Virus record (IMG/VR): IMGVR_UViG_3300037791_000057
Span: 1 to 25,165 of that record
DNA length: 25,165 nt
DNA from: a virus
Taxonomy: Duplodnaviria > Caudoviricetes
Reading direction: 5' to 3' (one strand)
Position numbers and translations under genes: made by a program. The notes under the pieces are model-generated. The model was not told the origin of the DNA. It saw nothing but the letters and a program-made list of their open reading frames with translations, and searched no databases. Below are positions 16,256 through 24,284 of this stretch, one piece after another (position 1 is the first letter of the stretch; the number at the start of each line of letters is the position of its first letter).

Positions 16256-16861
16256 ATGAGATTCAGCATACGTGAAAAGCGGCTCGCTGCTGGCCTGACC
16301 CAAGAGGATATGGCTGAGCGGTTAGAGATTTCGACAGGCCTGTATAACGGCTTGGAGAAAGGCAATCGCAGAATGAATGAAACCTACCTAGAGGGCATCG
16401 CAAATATCCTCGGGGTAATGGTCTCAGATCTGATAATCGAAGATAGGCCCACCATCTCGATCGCGGGCAAGGTAGGTGCTGGCTCTCAAGTCCCTGTTTT
16501 CGACGCCTACGAGAAAGGCGATGGCCCACAGGTCGTGTGCCCACCTGGTATTGGACCGCACGGCGTTGTGGCAGTCGAGGTCGAGGGTGACAGCATGGAG
16601 CCGGTATATTCCGCCGGGGATCTACTGTTCTACTCGCGCAACGGTCATGACAGCGTTCCCGACGACGTGATCGGCTACAAGTGCGTTTGCGAAGATGAAA
16701 ACGGCATGGGCTGGGTAAAGCAAGTCAAAGCGGGAGATGAGCCGGGGCTGTTCCACCTGATCTCGCTCAACCCCACCGGCGCGAACATGTGGAACGTGCG
16801 CCTCAAGTGGGCTGCCCGCGTGCGCCTGCACTGGCCTGCGGAGTTTGCGAGGAAGAAGTGA
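16256..16861 (+). CDS. cI: CI-like repressor (XRE HTH + S24 autopeptidase)
   Basis: GLTQEDMAERL HTH, VGAG cleavage site, GDSM catalytic Ser, VKQ Lys; start could be further upstream (16214/16220). Confidence 0.94.
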   Translation: MRFSIREKRLAAGLTQEDMAERLEISTGLYNGLEKGNRRMNETYLEGIANILGVMVSDLIIEDRPTISIAGKVGAGSQVPVFDAYEKGDGPQVVCPPGIGPHGVVAVEVEGDSMEPVYSAGDLLFYSRNGHDSVPDDVIGYKCVCEDENGMGWVKQVKAGDEPGLFHLISLNPTGANMWNVRLKWAARVRLHWPAEFARKK

Positions 16862-17153
16862 GGGCTTGTCGCCCCAGTCCTCGCCAACGCTTGGAGCCAG
16901 AGGGCGGGAATTGCATCAATTGTCGAGTAAGCGTCGAGTAGTGAGATGAACTAATTCAAAGTTATTGTGGACTCTGATCTTCCCGATACCGTATTTTGCA
17001 GGGGTGCGGCTGGGTACGAAAATTTGCCCTTTCGACCCAGCCTGAAACTCAACCGCGTTGCATCGCAGCTTGTCTCCCACATCATCAAATACCTTCTTAT
17101 CGAATGACACGTCAAGCCAAGCTGCAGCATTCTCCCGATGGAGAGGGACACGA

Positions 17154-18188
17154 ATGACTGACAAGAGCAATTTAAAGGCTCCTTCGAACGCTAGACCGAG
17201 CAGCGAATTGGAAACTCTACGATATGCCGAGCAAGGCATTGCAGACCCTGTAGAGTTCAGGCTCGATCCGATGTCAGAAAGCATTTGGGCAACGCAGGCG
17301 CAAATCGCAGCTCTTTTCCAGACAGATCAATCGGGAATCTCTCGACACCTGAAGAGCATCTTTGACGAAGAAGAACTCGACCGTAAGGGGAATATGCAAA
17401 AAATGCATATTGCCGGGTCAACCAAACCTGTCACCCTCTATAGCTTGGATGCTATCATATCTGTCGGTTATCGAGTAAATTCAAAAGTGGCCACACGCTT
17501 TAGGCAGTGGGCCACGGGGACGCTCAGGGCCTACATCGAGCAAGGCTATATCATAAATGAAAGCGTCCTTAGAGACTCACCCGAAAAGCTTAACAAGCTG
17601 GCTCGGGAAGTCAGGGCGCTTCGCTCTGGAGAAAAGCAAATCTATGCCAAGGTTAGGGAATGCTTCAAGATAAGCGCCTCTGACTACAATAAGTCTTCTA
17701 AAGCGGTGCGCAGCTTCTATGCATTGCTAACCGACAAGTTTCTTCATGCAGTCACCAACCAAACCAGCTCAAAGCTGGTCTTGGACCGAGCGGATCACCT
17801 AGAGGACTTTATGGGCTTGCAAACCTTCGAGGGCAAGGAGCCCAAAGCTAACGAAGTGTCTGTAGGTAAGAATTACCTGAACGGAGAAGAGCTCTATCGC
17901 CTTCACCTGCTCTCAGAGCAATTCCTGCTTTATGCTGAATCAACCGCCCTGGCCGGTAAGAAGATGACTATGGAGAGCCTGCACGAGCAACTTGACCGCC
18001 TATTGCATCTAAATGACTATCCTGTGTTCGACGGCTATAAAGACTTCCTTAAAGACGACGCGGTTCGGCACGCCAAAACAGAGCTTCAAATGTACCGCGC
18101 TCGCAAGAAAATAGAAGCGAAGGGCATTGAGTACGACGAAACATCCTACATGCTTGGCGAGTATGACGAGATCCTAAAAGTAGCCTGA
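17154..18188 (+). CDS. rhuM: RhuM-family protein (cargo gene in the immunity region)
   Basis: W.TQ.QIA.LF, ISRHLK.IF, YSLDAIISVGYRVNS..AT.FRQWAT, K..HAVT.QT and KNYL motifs; visibly less GC-rich than flanks. Confidence 0.88.
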   Translation: MTDKSNLKAPSNARPSSELETLRYAEQGIADPVEFRLDPMSESIWATQAQIAALFQTDQSGISRHLKSIFDEEELDRKGNMQKMHIAGSTKPVTLYSLDAIISVGYRVNSKVATRFRQWATGTLRAYIEQGYIINESVLRDSPEKLNKLAREVRALRSGEKQIYAKVRECFKISASDYNKSSKAVRSFYALLTDKFLHAVTNQTSSKLVLDRADHLEDFMGLQTFEGKEPKANEVSVGKNYLNGEELYRLHLLSEQFLLYAESTALAGKKMTMESLHEQLDRLLHLNDYPVFDGYKDFLKDDAVRHAKTELQMYRARKKIEAKGIEYDETSYMLGEYDEILKVA

Positions 18189-18217
18189 TAAAGGCCAGTC
18201 CGGAAAGCTATCAGTTC

Positions 18218-18244
18218 AACCCCGCTCCGGCGGGGTTTTTCTTT
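18218..18244 (+). terminator. Rho-independent terminator
   Basis: AACCCCGC-TCCG-GCGGGGTT followed by TTTCTTT. Confidence 0.9.
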
Positions 18245-18371
18245 GCGCGCACAGTACGGTGAGTTCTGCGCCGGGAGCGGAGTCGCCTGTGTGGAAAGGC
18301 CATCCGCACCCAGCGCAGCGCTTTGCGGCAAACCCTTTGTAGCATGGTGAGGTGAGGGACGCGAACAAGAT

Positions 18372-18423
18372 TTCACATAGTGTAAATTTTTCTCTTGCAT
18401 GATTTTTTCACATTATGTAAAAC
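18372..18423 (+). promoter_or_regulatory. PL-like promoter with two 15-bp operators
   Basis: TTGCAT-17-TAAAAC; operators TTCACATAGTGTAAA (18372-18386) and TTCACATTATGTAAA (18407-18421). Confidence 0.82.
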
Positions 18424-18490
18424 ACTCCCAACAGCCCCACCGAAGACGCGCCGCTGGCGCAGATCGCGGGGCAACAAAGGGAGCCACGAC

Positions 18491-18850
18491 ATGCGCGATA
18501 CAGCCTTTCAAACGATCTACCTCGGAGACGACATCGAGTGCGCGGCACAGGTAGCGTTCTTCGTTGAGCGTGAAGATGCTGACACTGCGTGCGGCTTCTC
18601 TGGTGGTCACGATGTCACTGCCGATGTCCTCAGCGTTCAGATGGAAGACCCCGAGACTTGGGAGCTTGAATTGCTCTCTCGTGAAGAGGTGATCCGCCGC
18701 TTTGGGAAGTCTGACCTTCTCCGCGCTGAACGTGAGCTGGAAGACGCGATGTCTGAGGCTCTGAACCGTGGCGACGCAATCACCAGTGACGATGACGCAA
18801 TCTTCGAGCCGCGCGACTTCGATTTCGCTTGGCCCATCGCAGCAGAGTGA
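18491..18850 (+). CDS. Acidic hypothetical protein, first gene of the PL-like operon
   Basis: GGGAG RBS before MRDTAFQ; 119 aa, Asp/Glu-rich. Confidence 0.75.
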   Translation: MRDTAFQTIYLGDDIECAAQVAFFVEREDADTACGFSGGHDVTADVLSVQMEDPETWELELLSREEVIRRFGKSDLLRAERELEDAMSEALNRGDAITSDDDAIFEPRDFDFAWPIAAE

Positions 18851-18860
18851 GGTCGAAGAC

Positions 18861-19067
18861 ATGAGCTACCAAGACGTTCACACACGCATGCGCGCCAACT
18901 CCGTCACAGACGTGGCTTATGAGCGCGGCGTGCAGGTCAACCGGCTGACAATGGCGCTGGAAGACATCGCCCGGACCTCCAGCTGTCGCAGAAGCGCGGA
19001 GAGAGCCCGCTTGGTTCTGGCGCAGGTAGGAGATCCCTTCCCTCTTGACCGGGAGGGCGCGGCATGA
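18861..19067 (+). CDS. Hypothetical protein, 68 aa
   Basis: GAGG RBS before MSYQDVH; ATGA overlap with the next gene. Confidence 0.7.
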   Translation: MSYQDVHTRMRANSVTDVAYERGVQVNRLTMALEDIARTSSCRRSAERARLVLAQVGDPFPLDREGAA

Positions 19068-19312
19068 CCAACTTCTCAGAGATTACCCCCATTCGCACCC
19101 CGGCGGCAAAAGCCACTACTCACGGCACGCACAGCACGCGCCGCCGGGGCAGTCACGATTGGAGCGCGGGGCCGTGGAAGCACCCAGCCCCCACCAATGG
19201 CGGCCCTGATCGCAAGAGCTGGACGCTCACCGCCGTTTTCGGGGGCCTGATGATCTTCGTCGCAATCCTGACCGCAGTGTCAGTCGGCGCCAGCCTCTCT
19301 AATCCCCTCTGA
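19064..19312 (+). CDS. Small protein with a C-terminal transmembrane helix
   Basis: GGAGG RBS; LTAVFGGLMIFVAILTAVSVGA. Confidence 0.7.
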   Translation: MTNFSEITPIRTPAAKATTHGTHSTRRRGSHDWSAGPWKHPAPTNGGPDRKSWTLTAVFGGLMIFVAILTAVSVGASLSNPL

Positions 19313-19350
19313 ACCTCCCTGTCGGGCGCATCACTGCGCGTCCGCAACTT

Positions 19351-19405
19351 CCCCGGCGGTGAGGGTTTCCTCCTCCCTGACCCGAAACCGCCGGGGCCTT
19401 TTATT
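19351..19405 (+). terminator. Terminator-like hairpin with CCUCCUCCC loop (cuckoo-like)
   Basis: CCCCGGCGGT/ACCGCCGGGG stem, inner GGGT/ACCC, then CCTTTTATT. Confidence 0.65.
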
Positions 19406-19420
19406 CCAAGGAGACACGAC

Positions 19421-19804
19421 ATGATCCGTCAGCCGACACCACCTCGGAAAGCGTTCGCTTGGTGGAACGCCGCGCTCCGAGATCCGCGGACCCCGCGCCA
19501 CGATGGCGAGCCCCAGGCGGGCTACTACAAGCGCCGGATGGTGAAGAATGGCCCTTGGGTGCCGGTCCGGATCAAGCTTGTCCAGCTGGTCGACCCCATC
19601 ACGGGCGAGCTGACCGCGCCGGAGGTGCATGTCGCCGAACAGAACGGGGCCGAGTTCGATCCGAACCCCATTTGGACCCACTGCCGGCCGATCTCATCCC
19701 GTGAGTTCAACGACCTCATCGCGCGTCAAGACGACATGCCCCTGATGGCGGCAACCCACGCGCCGGTGGACCTTTCCGAAACACCCATTCGCCCAGGAGT
19801 TTGA
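19421..19804 (+). CDS. Hypothetical phage protein
   Basis: 127 aa, AGGAG RBS, PQAGYYK..GPWVPVRI segment. Confidence 0.8.
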   Translation: MIRQPTPPRKAFAWWNAALRDPRTPRHDGEPQAGYYKRRMVKNGPWVPVRIKLVQLVDPITGELTAPEVHVAEQNGAEFDPNPIWTHCRPISSREFNDLIARQDDMPLMAATHAPVDLSETPIRPGV

Positions 19805-19807
19805 TCG

Positions 19808-20569
19808 ATGACAGAACACAATCCCCGCGCATTCATTGGCGCAAATAACCCCCCGCCTTTTGATGCAGATGAAGTGGAGAAGTTCAACGCCGATGCCGCT
19901 GGCTTTCTCGATGCCGCTGCGGAATGGGCCGAGAAGGGCGAAATCTCCAGCGAAGGCGAAGCGCAACTGCTTAACGACTTCATCGCCGGGGTGAAGAAGC
20001 GCAAGACCGCAACCGACAAGGCCCGGAAGGCCGCCAAAAAGCCCCATGATGATGCGGGCAAGGCAGTTCAGGCTGCCTACTCTCCGATCATCACGAAGCT
20101 CGACGCAGCTGTGTCGAAAACCTCACCACTGCTCACCGCCTGGATGCAGAAGCAGGAAGATGAGCGGCAAGCCGAATTGCAGCGCGCACAGGAAGAGGCA
20201 CGCCGTGCCCAGGAAGAGGCTGATCGGAAAGCCGCAGAAGCTGCTGCCCGCAATGATATCAGCGGCGAAGTCGACGCAGCCGCCGCGCGTGAAGCGGCCG
20301 AACGGAAAGCTGCAGAGCTCTCTCGTGCATCCAAGGGCAGGACCAATGTGGCGAGCGCGACAGGCGGCGGTCGCACCGCGTCACTGCGCACCTACCACAC
20401 TGCCAAGGTCGTCAACGTGCGCGCCGCCTTCATGCACTACCAGAACCATCCGGCCCTGGCAGATTGCCTGCGCTCTCTGGCTGAAGCCGAGATCCGCTCG
20501 AAGTCCTTCGAGCCGAGCACGATGACCATTCCTGGTATCGAAATCAAAACAGAACGGAAGGCCGTCTGA
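19808..20569 (+). CDS. Coiled-coil hypothetical protein upstream of recT
   Basis: 253 aa, Ala/Glu-rich heptads, C-terminal IPGIEI; AGGAG RBS. Confidence 0.8.
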   Translation: MTEHNPRAFIGANNPPPFDADEVEKFNADAAGFLDAAAEWAEKGEISSEGEAQLLNDFIAGVKKRKTATDKARKAAKKPHDDAGKAVQAAYSPIITKLDAAVSKTSPLLTAWMQKQEDERQAELQRAQEEARRAQEEADRKAAEAAARNDISGEVDAAAAREAAERKAAELSRASKGRTNVASATGGGRTASLRTYHTAKVVNVRAAFMHYQNHPALADCLRSLAEAEIRSKSFEPSTMTIPGIEIKTERKAV

Positions 20570-21624
20570 TGACCTCTGCAATCGCAAAGAAACCCCTTCG
20601 GCAGGTCGATAGCGTGAAAAGCCTGCTTCAAAACGATCAGGCGCGCCAACAGCTTTCAGCCGTTGCAGCAAAGCACATGAACCCCGAGCGGCTCATGCGC
20701 GTCACGGCCAACGCCATCCGCACGACACCCAAGCTGCAGGAATGCGAGCCGCTGTCGTTCCTCGGCGGCCTGATGCAATGCGCAGCGCTTGGACTGGAGC
20801 CGAACACAGTTCTGGGCCACGCGTACCTGATCCCGTTCGAAAATCGCCGCAAGGGCGTGACCGAAGTGCAGGTTGTCGTTGGCTACAAAGGGCTTATCGA
20901 CCTAGCCCGCCGCTCAGGACACATCACAAGCATCAGCGCGAACATCCACTATTCGGACGATGAACTCTGGGAATATGAGGAAGGCACGGAAGCACGGCTG
21001 CGCCACCGGCCGGGCCCTCAAGAAGGTGAAAAGCTGCACGCCTATGCCATCGCCAAATTCACCGATGGCGGCCATGCATATGTCGTCCTGCCTTGGGCGC
21101 AGGTGTTGAAGATCCGCAACGACTCTCAGGGTTACAAAACTGCCGTCCGCTACAACAAGAAAGACAGCCCTTGGATGGCACACGAGGACGCCATGGCGAA
21201 AAAAACTGCCATCCGCGCTCTGGCCAAATACCTGCCTCTGTCGGTTGAGTTCGTGGATGCTGTCCAGATCGATAACGATGCCGGCACCCGTGTGGACTAC
21301 GCATCCTTCGCGATGAACCCGGAAGACGGGACCACAATCGACGGCGAGTTTATCGAAGAGGAAGGCGAACCGGCGTCAAGCGAAGTCGCAAAATCTGAGG
21401 TACAGGCAGCGCCCACGGAGGCGCAGCCCGAAAAATCGAAGGCCACCTCTGACATTCCCGACGAGCACCTCAAGGTGATCGGCCAGATCGAGCAAGATCT
21501 TGCAGACGGCGCGCCTGCCGAAGCTACTGCAGATTTCTATGCGGATGCTCTCGAGAAGATGAAGGCAGAGTCGCCAGAGGCCCACAAGCAAGCGCTGGCC
21601 GCTATCGAAAGCGCAGGGCAGTAA
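20569..21624 (+). CDS. recT: RecT-family single-strand annealing protein
   Basis: P.L.EC...SF, LGLEP..LGHAYLIPF, GYKGLIDLARRSG and MAKKTAIR.L.KYLPLS motifs. Confidence 0.95.
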   Translation: MTSAIAKKPLRQVDSVKSLLQNDQARQQLSAVAAKHMNPERLMRVTANAIRTTPKLQECEPLSFLGGLMQCAALGLEPNTVLGHAYLIPFENRRKGVTEVQVVVGYKGLIDLARRSGHITSISANIHYSDDELWEYEEGTEARLRHRPGPQEGEKLHAYAIAKFTDGGHAYVVLPWAQVLKIRNDSQGYKTAVRYNKKDSPWMAHEDAMAKKTAIRALAKYLPLSVEFVDAVQIDNDAGTRVDYASFAMNPEDGTTIDGEFIEEEGEPASSEVAKSEVQAAPTEAQPEKSKATSDIPDEHLKVIGQIEQDLADGAPAEATADFYADALEKMKAESPEAHKQALAAIESAGQ

Positions 21625-21626
21625 TC

Positions 21627-22169
21627 ATGCGCTCGAATGACCTCATCCGCGTTGTGTGGACCGGCCTTGCTCTGGAGCCAGACGGAAACTTCGCCATGCA
21701 CCAGCTGCACGACCGTCTCGGCGCGGGCGAGGTCATCAATGTCGACCTCGATCCCGATCGATCCGAGAAAAGCCACAAGCACCAGTTCGCGTTTGTCCGA
21801 ACCGCCTGGCAGACCCTGCCTGATGAGCTGAAAACTATGCCCTACGCGAAGAACGCCGACACCCTCAGAAAGCACGCGCTGATCGAGACAGGTTTTTGCG
21901 ACACGGAAATGCTGCCAGTCGGATGCCCTCGGCGCGCTGAGAGGGTGGCAACATCGCTCTCCCGGGTTGCGGTTCGCCTCCACGGATATGCTGTCACCAA
22001 CATCGAAGGGACAGTGGTCTACTGCCACACCCCACACAGCCAAAGCCAGCGAGCTATGGGCGCGGCTGCATTCCAAGACAGCAAACAGGCGGTACTGGAA
22101 TGGCTTGCGGGATTGATTGGAGTCACGCCGGACCAACTGGCGAATGCTGGGCGGAGTGAGGCCGCATGA
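21627..22169 (+). CDS. Putative recombination accessory protein (NinB/DUF1367-like)
   Basis: RS..SH...FA and S.S.RAM...F segments; position after recT. Confidence 0.55.
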   Translation: MRSNDLIRVVWTGLALEPDGNFAMHQLHDRLGAGEVINVDLDPDRSEKSHKHQFAFVRTAWQTLPDELKTMPYAKNADTLRKHALIETGFCDTEMLPVGCPRRAERVATSLSRVAVRLHGYAVTNIEGTVVYCHTPHSQSQRAMGAAAFQDSKQAVLEWLAGLIGVTPDQLANAGRSEAA

Positions 22170-22510
22170 CCCGTCGCCGCATGAACACCACGCGCCGCCG
22201 CCGGATCTTCCTAGAGGCAAACGGCATCTGCCACATCTGCGGAGCCAAGATCGACGGAACCAAGGATGCTTGGGACGCGGACCACGTAATCCCGCTCGAG
22301 ATCAGTGGCGATGACAGTGACGACAACCTGCGCCCTGCGCATGAGCGCTGCCATCGAGCCAAAACCTCGAAAGAAGACGTTCCGGCCATCGCCAAGTGCA
22401 AACGCGTGGCCGCCAAGCACAACGGCTCACACAAGCCCAAAGGAACCCTGCCTGGCTCCAAGGGCAGCAAATGGAAACGCAAGGTAGATGGCACGGTCGT
22501 GCCTCGCTGA
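22166..22510 (+). CDS. HNH endonuclease
   Basis: CHIC, DHVIPL..SG, NLRPAH..CH..KT. Confidence 0.9.
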   Translation: MTRRRMNTTRRRRIFLEANGICHICGAKIDGTKDAWDADHVIPLEISGDDSDDNLRPAHERCHRAKTSKEDVPAIAKCKRVAAKHNGSHKPKGTLPGSKGSKWKRKVDGTVVPR

Positions 22511-22525
22511 ACGGAGAACCGCACA

Positions 22526-22765
22526 ATGAAAAACAAGCTTTCCGACCTGAACAACCACCTCTTTGCCCAACTTGAACGGCTTTCTGAGGAAAACCTTACC
22601 AGTGAACAGATCGAGGGTGAGGTCAAAAGAACTGAGGCAATCGTATCGCTTTCTGATCAGATCGTAGGCAACGCTGACCTCCAACTGAAAGCTGCGAAAC
22701 TCTTCGCCGAGCATGGCGCTTCGGTACTCCCCCACCTTCCCCAGCTCGGAAAAGCTGAGGCATGA
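22526..22765 (+). CDS. Conserved phage protein
   Basis: MKNKLSDLNNHLFAQLERL N-terminus familiar from phage proteins preceding HNH genes; GGAG RBS. Confidence 0.8.
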   Translation: MKNKLSDLNNHLFAQLERLSEENLTSEQIEGEVKRTEAIVSLSDQIVGNADLQLKAAKLFAEHGASVLPHLPQLGKAEA

Positions 22766-23409
22766 AGGGCCGCGCCATCAAATACTCCGCTCAGGAACTG
22801 GCATGGCTCGAGGCCAACCGGGGCATGGTTATCGGTGACTACTATCGAGCCTTCCAGAAGCGCTTTCAGCGTCAGGACGTTTCGGCGAACAACCTCCATG
22901 CCCTGCGGAAGCGAAAGGGATGGAAGACCGGACGCACTGGGCAATTCCAGGCAGGCCAAAAGCCTCACAACAAGGGTAGAAAGATGCCTTTTCACCCAAA
23001 CAGTGCGCGCACCCAGTTCAAGAAAGGCAACCCTCCCCACAATGCCAACCACCTCGGCCACGAGAGAGTGTCGAAGGATGGATACGTCGAGATCAGCATA
23101 GATGAGCGCAACCCGCACACGGGGTACGAACGCCGCTATGTTCTAAAGCATCGCTATCTTTGGGAGAAAGCCAACGGCCCCGTGCCGGAAGGCATGTGCC
23201 TGAAATGCCGCGATGGGAACAAGACGAACACGGACCCTGAGAACTGGGTTCTGATCCCCCGGGCGCTTCTTCCCAGGCTAAACGGCGGGAAGTCAGGGAA
23301 GCACCCAAAGTATGACGAGGCGGAGCCGGAACTGCGCCCTACCATCCTAGCGGTCGCCCAACTCAGCCACGCTGCGAAACAGGCAAAGTCGGGAGAACAC
23401 CATGACTGA
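22762..23409 (+). CDS. HNH-domain protein with repeated G/TQF.KG..PHN motifs
   Basis: KHRYLWE..NGPVPEG, DGNKTN..ENW; the expected catalytic His position reads CLKCRDG, so it may be inactive. Confidence 0.82.
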   Translation: MKGRAIKYSAQELAWLEANRGMVIGDYYRAFQKRFQRQDVSANNLHALRKRKGWKTGRTGQFQAGQKPHNKGRKMPFHPNSARTQFKKGNPPHNANHLGHERVSKDGYVEISIDERNPHTGYERRYVLKHRYLWEKANGPVPEGMCLKCRDGNKTNTDPENWVLIPRALLPRLNGGKSGKHPKYDEAEPELRPTILAVAQLSHAAKQAKSGEHHD

Positions 23410-23851
23410 CACAAGCAAAGAGGCGGTGCTGAAGGAGGCGACAGAAGCCTGCAAAAACATGGCCCGGTGGATAGCCAATACCCGCATCAAGGTAGTGCGA
23501 CCGCTATGGGAGGAACATATGCAAAAAGCTCAGCGCGCCATTGATATGATCAATGCCGAACGCGACCAAGCCCTTGCCCGTGAGCGCGCTTTACTCGACA
23601 GCAACAAGCACCAGCGCGACCATTTGAAAGAGCTCAATGCGGTGCGAGCCGAACGTGACACCCTCGCCAATCAGGTCGAGGACTGCGCCCGCACCTGCGC
23701 GGAACAGGCAGAGCAAATTCTAAACTTGCAGAATGCATGCAAGGCAGTCCTCCCCCTGATGCAGGCAGCAGATCGTGAGGAAGTCACAGACGTTCAAGAC
23801 TGGCACGCAGCGGAGGCGCTGATCCATGCCGCACTAGAGGCCAACCAGTGA
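23402..23851 (+). CDS. Coiled-coil hypothetical protein
   Basis: 149 aa, GGAG RBS. Confidence 0.75.
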   Translation: MTDTSKEAVLKEATEACKNMARWIANTRIKVVRPLWEEHMQKAQRAIDMINAERDQALARERALLDSNKHQRDHLKELNAVRAERDTLANQVEDCARTCAEQAEQILNLQNACKAVLPLMQAADREEVTDVQDWHAAEALIHAALEANQ

Positions 23852-24003
23852 GCCCGCAAACGCTCTTACGCCAGCGCATCGAGGCTCACCGTCGCGCGAT
23901 ACGATCCGGTGATCTGATCGAGATCAATCGCACGTGGGACGATCTGGAACACGTCGTAGAATACGCCAAGCCTAGACAGGACCAGAAGAAGGAGGCCGCT
24001 TGA
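23848..24003 (+). CDS. Small hypothetical protein, 51 aa (not in ORF track)
   Basis: GAGG RBS, GTGA overlap upstream and TGATG overlap downstream; MSPQTLLRQRIEAHRRAIRSGDLIEINRTWDDLEHVVEYAKPRQDQKKEAA. Confidence 0.7.
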   Translation: MSPQTLLRQRIEAHRRAIRSGDLIEINRTWDDLEHVVEYAKPRQDQKKEAA

Positions 24004-24284
24004 TGGGACGATCGACACCGTTCACCCCCGAAACCCTTGGCCATCGGTGGGACGTAAGTGCTACCACTATTCGAAATATGTGCCTGCAAGGCGAACTAAA
24101 ACACTTCCGACTGGGACGCCTATACAGAATCCCAGCGACTGTGGTGGAGGAAATGGAGCAATGCCAGACATCAGCATCGGACGTTTCAGGGGCGGATTCT
24201 GCGTCTATTGGCATGAAGGCGGCAAGCGAAGACGTTATAGCCTTAAGGCACGTACCCGAGAGGAAGCCGAGCCAGAAGCGATAG
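24003..24284 (+). CDS. xis: Excisionase-like winged HTH protein
   Basis: FTPETL..RWDVS..TIRN....GEL..FRLGRLYRIP; adjacent to the integrase. Confidence 0.85.
   Translation: MGRSTPFTPETLGHRWDVSATTIRNMCLQGELKHFRLGRLYRIPATVVEEMEQCQTSASDVSGADSASIGMKAASEDVIALRHVPERKPSQKR

Noticed and set aside
16916-17284. 122-aa minus-strand ORF between cI and rhuM
   Set aside because: Overlaps the rhuM start antisense, no RBS or recognisable motif; a small gene in 16862-17153 cannot be fully excluded
14318-24003. Many proteins ending in EAA/GAA/EVA as a general degron system
   Set aside because: Mostly explained by the overlapping GAGG/GGAG RBS and ATGA of the next gene; retained only for Cro
24047-24160. Integrase N-terminal extension or Xis-Int frameshift fusion
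   Set aside because: GTG start lacks an RBS, no slippery heptamer seen, and ATG 24161 has SD-like sequences
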